Virus record (IMG/VR): IMGVR_UViG_3300020042_006311
Span: 1-36,386 of that record
Length of the DNA stretch: 36,386 nucleotides
Direction: 5' to 3' (one strand)
DNA from: a virus
Lineage: Duplodnaviria; Caudoviricetes
Below, piece by piece: positions 7,054 to 14,404 of the stretch. Both the position numbers and the translations under genes were made by a program. The notes beneath the pieces were generated by a model. That model saw only the letters and a program-made list of their open reading frames with translations, was not told the DNA's origin and ran no database searches. Each line of letters starts with the position of its first letter. Position 1 is the stretch's first letter.

Positions 7054-7343
7054 ACGCACTCCACTCGCTTTTCGCCGCCATATCCCGGCTCTCGCCCAAG
7101 TACCACAAGCTAATCTCTGGCAACGCCAGCAAGGTTGAGGCCATGCTCGACGCAAAGCGCAGACGAGACCCGCTGGAAGAAAAGGATGTTTCCAAGATTT
7201 TCAGCTTGAAGTTTAACGGCGGTTGCGCCAATACCCAAATCGCAAAAGTGATGAACGTGTCGGACGTTACGGTTTACAACGTCTTGACCCGAAAACACAG
7301 ACTCTCGGCCAACTGGCCTAAACACAAAAAAGAAACACAATGA
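7050..7343 (+). CDS. HTH DNA-binding protein
   Basis: NTQIAKVMNVSDVTVYNVL fits an HTH pattern. Confidence 0.7.
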   Translation: MNALHSLFAAISRLSPKYHKLISGNASKVEAMLDAKRRRDPLEEKDVSKIFSLKFNGGCANTQIAKVMNVSDVTVYNVLTRKHRLSANWPKHKKETQ

Positions 7344-7891
7344 CACTGGTGCTTGACAGCAATAATAGCCGCCGCCTTGGCGTTGGCGAACGTATCAACG
7401 CGGGTGTGTTCGCACGCCCTTACTGCGGAGAGCTTGAATGGGCCATGGTTGGCCCGGTAGACCACGTTTGTGGCAGCTACGTCACAGACGACGAAGACCT
7501 AGAGTACCGCGAGTACCTCATGGTTGAGGGGACGGACGACGAAACCCCCATGGAGACCTTTGAGACTGGCTCCATTCGCCAGAGCAAAGTTGGCAAGGGA
7601 CGTTATGACCTCATCCCGCTTGAGGGTATGCGTGCATTGGCAATGCGTTACGAGCAGGGGGCCGAGGCGCATGGGGACCGAAATTGGGAGCTGGGCCAGC
7701 CGCTCTCTGTTTTCAAGAACTCCATGACCCGGCACGCCTGCCAAGTTGGTTACGACTTTTCCGAGGACCACGCGGCGGCTGTTGCGTGGAACGCCTTTGG
7801 ATACATCACGACGATGGAGCGCATCCGGGCTGGGCTTCTGCCTGCCTCGCTCGACGACCTCTCTGTTTGCAACAAGGAACCTTCACGATGA
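7340..7891 (+). CDS. dATP/dGTP diphosphohydrolase-domain protein (DUF5664-like) with an acidic N-terminal extension
   Basis: GKGRYDLIP, GAEAHGDRNWELG, RH and EDHAAAVAWNA. An internal Met at 7550 begins the domain. Confidence 0.8.
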   Translation: MTLVLDSNNSRRLGVGERINAGVFARPYCGELEWAMVGPVDHVCGSYVTDDEDLEYREYLMVEGTDDETPMETFETGSIRQSKVGKGRYDLIPLEGMRALAMRYEQGAEAHGDRNWELGQPLSVFKNSMTRHACQVGYDFSEDHAAAVAWNAFGYITTMERIRAGLLPASLDDLSVCNKEPSR

Positions 7892-8427
7892 ACACTGAAA
7901 ATCACTTCGCAGCCCTCGCTGCCGTTAACGTAAACGACAAGACCGAAAAGAAGAACGGTCTAACGTACCTCTCTTGGGCTTGGGCTGTGGATCAGCTACT
8001 CAAGCGCGATCCTGGCGCAAGCTGGGTGTTCGGGGAGCCAGTGCGGTGGAACGAGACCGTGATGGTTTCCTGCACCGTCACGGCGTTTGTCAAGCCCATG
8101 ACTGCCCACCTTCCCGTCATGGATCACCGCAATAAAGCGATCCCCAATCCGGATGCCTTCCAAGCCAACGTAGCCATGCAGCGTTGCCTAGTCAAAGCCA
8201 TCGCGCTCCACGGCCTCGGGCTCTACATCTACGCAGGCGAAGACCTGCCAGAAGGCGAGCCAGAGCCAAAGATCAGCGAGCAGACCCGCGCAAAGCTGGC
8301 CGAGCTTGCCACGACAAAAGAAATTGCAGCCAAAATTGATTTGGCTCTTGAAAAGAAGGGCCGCAACTCCCTTGATGACCTTACCGAGGATGAGGGGCAG
8401 AAGCTCATCGCTTGGTTGAACCGATAA
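7888..8427 (+). CDS. Sak-type (DUF1071) single-strand annealing recombinase
   Basis: KNGLTYLSWAWA, LPVMD and RCLVKAIALHGLGLYIYAGEDLP. Confidence 0.88.
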   Translation: MNTENHFAALAAVNVNDKTEKKNGLTYLSWAWAVDQLLKRDPGASWVFGEPVRWNETVMVSCTVTAFVKPMTAHLPVMDHRNKAIPNPDAFQANVAMQRCLVKAIALHGLGLYIYAGEDLPEGEPEPKISEQTRAKLAELATTKEIAAKIDLALEKKGRNSLDDLTEDEGQKLIAWLNR

Positions 8428-8446
8428 TCCATACACATACACACAT

Positions 8447-8719
8447 ATGAACTATACCGCAAAGATTGATGTTAAGAAGATTGACAAGGCCCACCTCTAC
8501 AAGGGTCAGTATTTGGACCTTGTGATTTGGGAGAACCGTGATGGTCCCGGTCAGTACGGGGACACCCACATGATCGTGCAGTCGGTCTCCAAGGAAGACC
8601 GAGCCGCAGGGAAGAGGGGTGCCATTGTCGGCAACCTGCGCCCGATGGAGAGCAAGGGCGAGGTCAAGTCCAAGCCTGCCTTCAAGCAGGAGGAGAACAA
8701 CGAGGATATCCCGTTCTAA
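8447..8719 (+). CDS. Putative phage single-stranded DNA-binding protein
   Basis: Acidic tail ending EDIPF like a bacterial SSB C-terminus; adjacent to the annealase. Confidence 0.7.
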   Translation: MNYTAKIDVKKIDKAHLYKGQYLDLVIWENRDGPGQYGDTHMIVQSVSKEDRAAGKRGAIVGNLRPMESKGEVKSKPAFKQEENNEDIPF

Positions 8720-8752
8720 GCGTTAGGTCATTCAACCTTAAAAAACACCACC

Positions 8753-8929
8753 ATGACAGACATTGTTGACCATTACGAGAAGCCGTCCAACAGCTTCGCC
8801 TCTAAGGCGGGGCAGCTTTACGGCATCCTCGAGATTCCCCCGATCATCACCAACAGCCTCGACCAAGACGCCGTTCGTAAAGCAATCGAGACGGCAGCGG
8901 CGCGGGCAAGGGAGATCATGTCCAAATGA
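8753..8929 (+). CDS. Hypothetical protein (58 aa, MTDIVDHYEK...)
   Basis: Read by hand. A/C-rich leader and ATGA coupling to the exonuclease. Confidence 0.6.
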   Translation: MTDIVDHYEKPSNSFASKAGQLYGILEIPPIITNSLDQDAVRKAIETAAARAREIMSK

Positions 8930-9744
8930 GCCACCACTGGTACACACGGGAGGGCGAGCCCTTCCACAAGGCGAGGAAGGCGGATGGTGGGGAGCGGCAT
9001 ACGACGCTTGCTGACGCGAAGAGGTTTGCGACCGCAAAGACGCGGTTCCTTGTGCCGTCCGTCACCGCCATCACCGCCATCATGGCTAACAATGGCCTAG
9101 ATTTCTACAAGAAACAGGCGGTGGCTAAGGCGGCTTATGCGTGCCCTGCGTCTTCCTTTGAGACCGAGGACGAGTACATCTCGCACGTTCTCAAGAAGGC
9201 GGACGAGCCAATGCAATTGGCCCAAGACTTTGGCACCCTCATCCACGCCCGACTAGATAGCATTCTGGGCGATAAAGGCTCCTTCGCAGAGGGTGAGATG
9301 GTCATGCTCCCAGAAGGCCGGGAAGTGCCCTTAGTCTCGATCATTGACCCTGCGCTTGACGTGATCCGTGGCCTGAACCTGGAGTTTCAATCAACGGAGC
9401 GCATCCTGACGTCCCGCCTTGGCTACGCCGGTACGTCGGACGTACTGGCGATGAAGAACGGGCTGCCCATAATTGTGGACTATAAGACCAAAAAGACCAC
9501 ACAAGATGAGCCCATTGTTCCCTTCCCTGAACAGAAAATGCAGATTGCCGCCTATTGGAATGCGGCCTTCCCCTTCTGGCTTGATTCTCCCATGGGTGGT
9601 TGCAACATCTTCATAAGCTCTACAGAGCCGGGGCGGGTGGAGGCCCACTGGTACGAAAGCGAGGAGCTAGAGCATGCTTGGGAAACCTTCAAGGCCTGCC
9701 TCGTTCTCTGGAAGCAGTCAAAGAAATACGAGAGCGGCTGGTAA
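8926..9744 (+). CDS. PD-(D/E)XK exonuclease
   Basis: PSVT, GTLIH, YAGTSD, IVDYKT and QIAAY motifs. Confidence 0.85.
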   Translation: MSHHWYTREGEPFHKARKADGGERHTTLADAKRFATAKTRFLVPSVTAITAIMANNGLDFYKKQAVAKAAYACPASSFETEDEYISHVLKKADEPMQLAQDFGTLIHARLDSILGDKGSFAEGEMVMLPEGREVPLVSIIDPALDVIRGLNLEFQSTERILTSRLGYAGTSDVLAMKNGLPIIVDYKTKKTTQDEPIVPFPEQKMQIAAYWNAAFPFWLDSPMGGCNIFISSTEPGRVEAHWYESEELEHAWETFKACLVLWKQSKKYESGW

Positions 9745-9752
9745 CCCAAAAC

Positions 9753-10703
9753 ATGAATGAGCTGGCTTTATTCGCAGGCACTGGTGGCGGCATACTGGGC
9801 GGCAAACTCCTCGGATGGAAAACCGTCTGCGCCGTTGAGCGCGAGCCCTACGCCGCAAGTGTACTTGCCGCCCGACAGAATGACGGCCTTCTCCCGCCTT
9901 TCCCGATTTGGGATGACGTGCGAACCTTTGACGGACGACCTTGGCGCGGGCGTGTTGACGTGGTGTCTGGCGGCTTCCCCTGCCAAGACATCAGCGCAGC
10001 CGGCAAAGGCGCAGGAATCGACGGAGAGCGCAGCGGAATGTGGGCGCACATGGCACGAATCATTCGCGAGGTGGGACCGCGCTACGCTTTCGTGGAGAAC
10101 TCCCCAATGCTCACTTCTCGCGGGCTTGGACGAGTTCTCGGAGACTTGGCCGCAATGGGGTATGATGCGCGCTGGGGAGTGCTCGGTGCAGTCGATGCCG
10201 GCGCTCCGCACAAGCGGGACCGCATCTGGATCGTGGCCCACGCCCAGAAGTTGCTCGGCAATGGCGGCGACGATCACCCCGGAATCGGCATGGCAGAGCA
10301 ATCGTTTCCCGAATTTGGAGACGGTGGTTGGCCGCAGGACGTGGCCGACGCCATGCGCGAGCGAAGCGAGACAGGGCTACCAGAACCGGAACAACGGGAA
10401 GAAGGGATCACAGAAAAGCCTCTCAACGGAAGTGATCGATGCGGAGAAATTCGCCACTCCCCAAGCGAGGGACTTCCGCACGGGATCGACAGACCGATGG
10501 GAGAATCCGGAACGGAGCCGGAATTTGAACGATCAGATTGGTGGGCAACTGAACCCGACGTGGGTCGAGTGGCTAATGGGATGGCCGCTAGGGTGGACCG
10601 ACTTAAAGCCATTGGCAACGGACAAGTTCCAGCAGTGGCTGCACTTGCATGGAATGTCCTAAAACTAACACCAGAGCGGCTGGTAGTCCACCCTGTTCCA
10701 TGA
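9753..10703 (+). CDS. DNA (cytosine-5) methyltransferase, alpha-type chain (motifs I-VIII and X)
   Basis: LFAGTGG, catalytic GGFPCQD, FVENS, HKRDRIW and C-terminal RLKAIGNGQVP. Motif IX is not seen in this frame. Confidence 0.92.
   Translation: MNELALFAGTGGGILGGKLLGWKTVCAVEREPYAASVLAARQNDGLLPPFPIWDDVRTFDGRPWRGRVDVVSGGFPCQDISAAGKGAGIDGERSGMWAHMARIIREVGPRYAFVENSPMLTSRGLGRVLGDLAAMGYDARWGVLGAVDAGAPHKRDRIWIVAHAQKLLGNGGDDHPGIGMAEQSFPEFGDGGWPQDVADAMRERSETGLPEPEQREEGITEKPLNGSDRCGEIRHSPSEGLPHGIDRPMGESGTEPEFERSDWWATEPDVGRVANGMAARVDRLKAIGNGQVPAVAALAWNVLKLTPERLVVHPVP
9757..10662 (+). CDS. Overprinted +1-frame methyltransferase beta-type chain (motif IX and WPTP repeats)
   Basis: 301-codon open frame nested in the MTase gene, ending LNPTWVEWLMGWPLGWTDL (motif IX-like). 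The true start may be internal. Confidence 0.75.
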   Translation: MSWLYSQALVAAYWAANSSDGKPSAPLSASPTPQVYLPPDRMTAFSRLSRFGMTCEPLTDDLGAGVLTWCLAASPAKTSAQPAKAQESTESAAECGRTWHESFARWDRATLSWRTPQCSLLAGLDEFSETWPQWGMMRAGECSVQSMPALRTSGTASGSWPTPRSCSAMAATITPESAWQSNRFPNLETVVGRRTWPTPCASEARQGYQNRNNGKKGSQKSLSTEVIDAEKFATPQARDFRTGSTDRWENPERSRNLNDQIGGQLNPTWVEWLMGWPLGWTDLKPLATDKFQQWLHLHGMS

Positions 10704-10778
10704 AGATTAGGAGCCCCACTCCCGATTTTCTTGGACATATTGTCGATGCTGACCACATTCTAAAACAACCAAAACAAA

Positions 10779-12125
10779 TTGATCCTAGAACACCCACTTT
10801 CCGACGGTAAAAGCCCACCCTTCAGCGCAAAGGCCGAGGAGTACCTCATCGCCTGCTGCCTGCTTGACGGCAACCTAACCCTCTCCCGTGCCATCACCAA
10901 GGGCATACGATCAGACGCTTTCCATGTCCCCGCAAACCGCACCATCTGGGACCACCTGATAAAGGCCCACGGCAGAGACGGACGAATCAGCATTGAAGTG
11001 GTTGCCGAGGATCTGAAGCAGGCAAAGCTCCTAGAGGACATTGGTGGCTTCGCGCACCTCATGAACGTCAGTGGGCTTGTCCCCACCACGGCCAGCGCGG
11101 AGTACTTCATCGACAAGGTGCAAGAGCTGTACCAGCTTCGCCAAGCAATCACAATTGCAACGTCTGCTGTTGAGCGTTGTCACCTGTACCAAGGCGGCGG
11201 CGTATCCGCCTTGGTTGGCGAGATTGTCCACAACCTGTCCCAAGTGGCTAACGGGGATAACGCAGGAGAGAAGCCCCTCAGTGATATCATTGACGAGGTT
11301 GAGCGATGGACGCAGGCACAAGAGCGCGGGGAGCGACCAGAAGGCGCACTCACCCTTGGCTGGATGGACCAACGCTTCTTACCCGTGGAACGCCACGAGA
11401 TTGTTGTCATTGGGGCTCGACCCTCAGACGGCAAGAGTTCGCTCGCCCTCCAGGTTGTTGGCGAGAACATCGCCGCAGGCAAGCGAGTGGCACACTTCTC
11501 CCTTGAAACATCCCCCGAGGCTTGCGTTAGGCAGATCGCCGCCCAACGGGCTCGGCTCAACCTCAGAAACTACCGTCACGAACTGGAGCCCCACCGCAAG
11601 GCGTTCCATAAGGCTTTGGGCCATTTGCGCGAGGGGAAGTGGCTCCGGGTCTTCGACCGCGTACAAGTGACTCAGATTGAGGCGCAATGCCGTCTGCTGC
11701 GGTCCTCATGGAAGCCTGACGTTGTGGTGATCGACTACCTCCAGCAGGTTGTTGCCCCCGGCAAGAGCGTTTACGAGCGCATTACCGAGATTGCGAACCG
11801 CATTGTGGAGCTCAGGAAGCACATGGACTGCCCTATGGTGGTCTGCGCCCAGCTTAACCGAGGCAGCGTCCTAGAGAACCGGGCTCCCCGCAAGGAGGAC
11901 TTCCGGGACTCCGGTGCTATTGAACAGGCAGCGCATCGTGTCTTGCTGCTCTATCGTCCCAACGAGGACTTCTCCGGCATCAGCCAGATGGACACAGAGG
12001 AAAGCCCACGCCGGTACTACGACTATCAGATCATCCAAGCGAAGTTGCGAGACGGCCCCAAGGGTTCCCTCAAGGCTAAGTTTGATTCCCACAGCACCAC
12101 CTTTAGCCCGTACACGGGCATGTAA
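10779..12125 (+). CDS. dnaB: Replicative DNA helicase, DnaB family
   Basis: PPFSAKAEE N-domain, GARPSDGKS, SLE, IDYLQ, QLNR, DSGAIEQ and KLRDGP. Confidence 0.93.
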   Translation: MILEHPLSDGKSPPFSAKAEEYLIACCLLDGNLTLSRAITKGIRSDAFHVPANRTIWDHLIKAHGRDGRISIEVVAEDLKQAKLLEDIGGFAHLMNVSGLVPTTASAEYFIDKVQELYQLRQAITIATSAVERCHLYQGGGVSALVGEIVHNLSQVANGDNAGEKPLSDIIDEVERWTQAQERGERPEGALTLGWMDQRFLPVERHEIVVIGARPSDGKSSLALQVVGENIAAGKRVAHFSLETSPEACVRQIAAQRARLNLRNYRHELEPHRKAFHKALGHLREGKWLRVFDRVQVTQIEAQCRLLRSSWKPDVVVIDYLQQVVAPGKSVYERITEIANRIVELRKHMDCPMVVCAQLNRGSVLENRAPRKEDFRDSGAIEQAAHRVLLLYRPNEDFSGISQMDTEESPRRYYDYQIIQAKLRDGPKGSLKAKFDSHSTTFSPYTGM

Positions 12126-12151
12126 CATCAACATTAACCAACGATTTAACC

Positions 12152-12343
12152 ATGACCATCCAAGAACTTGAATCCGATGGCTTCGCCCCACTCACAGACC
12201 CCTATGAAATGCCAAGGGAGGAAGAAGAACTTGAACGCTGCAAGAAGCAGCTAGAGAACGGCAAGGCCGGCCCCATCCCCTATCGGATGCGCTGGATTGA
12301 CCATGAGTTTGTAGAGATTTGGTCCAAGCCGCGGGTCAAGTGA
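12152..12343 (+). CDS. Hypothetical protein (63 aa)
   Basis: ORF tiles in the operon. Confidence 0.65.
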   Translation: MTIQELESDGFAPLTDPYEMPREEEELERCKKQLENGKAGPIPYRMRWIDHEFVEIWSKPRVK

Positions 12344-12471
12344 ACGGTAAAGGCGACCGCCCTCGTAACTGATTTAGCGAAGACTTCGGCTCCAGCTATG
12401 ACCAAATCTTCCGCAAAGGTAAAGCCACCAAAGGAAAAGCAAAAAATGCAAAGCCTAGAAAACGCAATTGA
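12340..12471 (+). pseudogene. Small GKGDRPR...YDQIF-family gene interrupted by an in-frame TGA
   Basis: GTG start coupled to the previous stop; reads MNGKGDRPRN*FSEDFGSSYDQIFRKG..., with TGA at 12370-12372. Confidence 0.5.
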
Positions 12472-13051
12472 GGAACAACTTACATACGATCCCGTTTCTG
12501 GTGATATAGCTCATTCAAGCAAATGCAGAATGGCTGATGGTCGGAAAAAGCCAACTCACGGGAAAATTGTTAAAACCATGAACTCAGGCGGTTATGTTCA
12601 GATTGGCATTTGCCTTAACGGTAAAAGCATTAGAATTTTAGGGCATAGAGCGGCGTGGGTTTTGCATAACGGTAAATTCCCAGACAACCAAATTGACCAC
12701 ATAAACGGCAATCGAGTGGATAACAGAATCTCAAATTTAAGAGACGTTGACTGCTCAACAAATAACACAAATAGAAGCAAAAAAGTTGGAAGGTCTCAAA
12801 ACCTTCCTGTTGGCGTTTCGGAAAAGCATCAAAACGGGAAAACCAATTACCGCGTATGCTGCTGGAAGGGTTCCGTAAGAAAAAGCACAACCGTGGCAAA
12901 TTTGCTAGATGCTGTTAAACTAAGGGCTAAATATGAAAAAGAAGTCTTTAAGAATCCTGGCGAATCGTCCGCACAACGGTGGCTTGTGGACAGATGCGAG
13001 AAAACGATCATTCATAATGTCGGCATTGCGGAGGGCGTCGTGGCCCCCTAA
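12446..13051 (+). CDS. Free-standing HNH homing endonuclease
   Basis: HRAAW...IDHINGNRVDNRISNLR motif and GV...Y C-terminal DNA-binding segment. Visibly more AT-rich than its neighbours. Confidence 0.9.
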   Translation: MQSLENAIEEQLTYDPVSGDIAHSSKCRMADGRKKPTHGKIVKTMNSGGYVQIGICLNGKSIRILGHRAAWVLHNGKFPDNQIDHINGNRVDNRISNLRDVDCSTNNTNRSKKVGRSQNLPVGVSEKHQNGKTNYRVCCWKGSVRKSTTVANLLDAVKLRAKYEKEVFKNPGESSAQRWLVDRCEKTIIHNVGIAEGVVAP

Positions 13052-13337
13052 GTGGGAATCCATATCTTCTGTTTCAGTTGGCCCCGGCATTAACCCCAAA
13101 ACCGGAAAGAACTGTATTATCCACCGCTGCCCCGCCTGCCAACAACTACACCCCAAGGGCATGATGCAGGCAGACCACATCAACCCTGTGATACCCTTGA
13201 CCGGCTTTGACTCTTGGGACGGGGCTATCAAACGCCTCTACTGCGAAAAGGATGGCTTCCAGCCCATCTGTAAGGCGTGCCATAAAACCAAAACTCTCTC
13301 GGAAAACCAACAACGCAAAGCACTCAAGAAGCCATGA
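12933..13337 (+). CDS. HNH-type Zn-binding endonuclease (T7 gp7.7-like)
   Basis: SFIMSALRR, CPAC, DHINPV and CKACHKTKT. Confidence 0.8.
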   Translation: MKKKSLRILANRPHNGGLWTDARKRSFIMSALRRASWPPKWESISSVSVGPGINPKTGKNCIIHRCPACQQLHPKGMMQADHINPVIPLTGFDSWDGAIKRLYCEKDGFQPICKACHKTKTLSENQQRKALKKP

Positions 13338-14074
13338 AAAACGCCAAGAGGTTCGTGATATGCTCCGACATCCACGGAGACGAACAAGACGCTGAAGCCG
13401 TCGCATCCCTGCACGCCTTCTGTGACGATTTTAAGCCCACAATCCGCGTCATCAATGGAGACCTCTGGGATCTCCGCAACCTTCGCAAGGGAGCCTCAGA
13501 CGACGAGAAGGCGGGCGACCTAGATTACGACTGGCAGTCGGGAATGGAGTTCGCCTGCCGCTTCTTCAGGGGCGGAAAGGACAACCACTTCCTACGCGGC
13601 AACCACGACGAGCGTCTGTGGGTGAGTCAGCAATCGTCAAGTGGCCGAGCACGTCACTACGCCGATAAACTTATCGAGGAAGTGAATAGTTCGGTTAAAC
13701 GCTGGAAGGCCAAGATGCTGCCATATGACTCCCGGCACGGCGTCCTCAAGCTAGGGCACCTAACCGTGATCCACGGCTATCACACAGGCGCAGGAGCCGC
13801 ACAAGCCCACGCCAGGGTCTACGGCAACTGCGTCTTTGGGCATACGCACAGCATAGAGGTTAATGCCATTGCGTCCCTAGAACCCGAGGAGGCTCGCGGC
13901 ATTGGCTGTCTCTGCAAGAAGGACATGCCGTACATCAACGCCAAGACTGGCAAGCTGCGCTGGGCTCAAGGATGGGCCTACGGCCTACTCTTTGACGACG
14001 GCACCTACCATCTGGAACAAGCCCGCAAGATTGGGGACACCTTCATCTGCGCCGACAACTTCAAATCTTACTGA
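13334..14074 (+). CDS. Calcineurin-like metallophosphoesterase
   Basis: SDIH, NGD, GNHD, HG and GHTH motifs. Confidence 0.88.
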   Translation: MKNAKRFVICSDIHGDEQDAEAVASLHAFCDDFKPTIRVINGDLWDLRNLRKGASDDEKAGDLDYDWQSGMEFACRFFRGGKDNHFLRGNHDERLWVSQQSSSGRARHYADKLIEEVNSSVKRWKAKMLPYDSRHGVLKLGHLTVIHGYHTGAGAAQAHARVYGNCVFGHTHSIEVNAIASLEPEEARGIGCLCKKDMPYINAKTGKLRWAQGWAYGLLFDDGTYHLEQARKIGDTFICADNFKSY

Positions 14075-14075
14075 C

Positions 14076-14309
14076 ATGAAATCTTGGGCAACACTACTAA
14101 AAGAGGAGACCCAGAAGCAGATACGGGAGCCCGAGGGCAAGGGCTGGCAGACCTTCGGTGAAATCCATAAATCCCTTCGATGCGGGAAAGGCAAGGCTCA
14201 GCGCGTGATAAAGGAATCAACGCGCTCTGGTAAGTGCGAGGTCTTTAGTGGAACGCAGGCATGTGCGGACGGTCGCTTTAGCACGCAAGTGTGGTATCGC
14301 CTGAAGTGA
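14076..14309 (+). CDS. Small hypothetical protein, possibly winged-HTH
   Basis: MKSWATLL...; starts immediately after the phosphoesterase stop. Confidence 0.6.
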   Translation: MKSWATLLKEETQKQIREPEGKGWQTFGEIHKSLRCGKGKAQRVIKESTRSGKCEVFSGTQACADGRFSTQVWYRLK

Positions 14310-14328
14310 CGAGACAGACAGCATATAC

Positions 14329-14403
14329 GCCCTCGTAGCTCAGTGGTAGAGCACCTGTTTTGTAAACAGGCTGTCGCAGGTTCAATCCCTGCCGGGGGCT
14401 CCA
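14329..14403 (+). tRNA. tRNA-Thr (anticodon TGT)
   Basis: GCCCTCG/CGGGGGC acceptor stem, TAGCTCAGTGGTAGAGC D-arm, CCTGT-TTTGTAA-ACAGG anticodon arm, GGTTCAATCC T-arm and encoded CCA. Confidence 0.95.
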
Positions 14404-14404
14404 A

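Noticed and set aside
7340-7891. Z-genome (2-aminoadenine) pathway
   Set aside because: No PurZ or dedicated DNA polymerase in the window, and this domain commonly occurs alone.
8926-9744. Cas4/CRISPR adaptation gene
   Set aside because: Lacks the four-Cys Fe-S pattern, and its context beside an annealase and SSB fits a recombination exonuclease.
12340-12471. Genome-wide TGA recoding
   Set aside because: Many genes end in TGA with ATGA coupling and the ORFs tile well under the standard code.
14329-14403. tRNA as a prophage attachment site
   Set aside because: No integrase, no duplicated tRNA 3' end, and phage genes lie on both sides.
14198-14404. 68-aa minus-strand ORF MEPPAGIEPAT...
   Set aside because: It is the typical reverse-complement translation of a tRNA gene.
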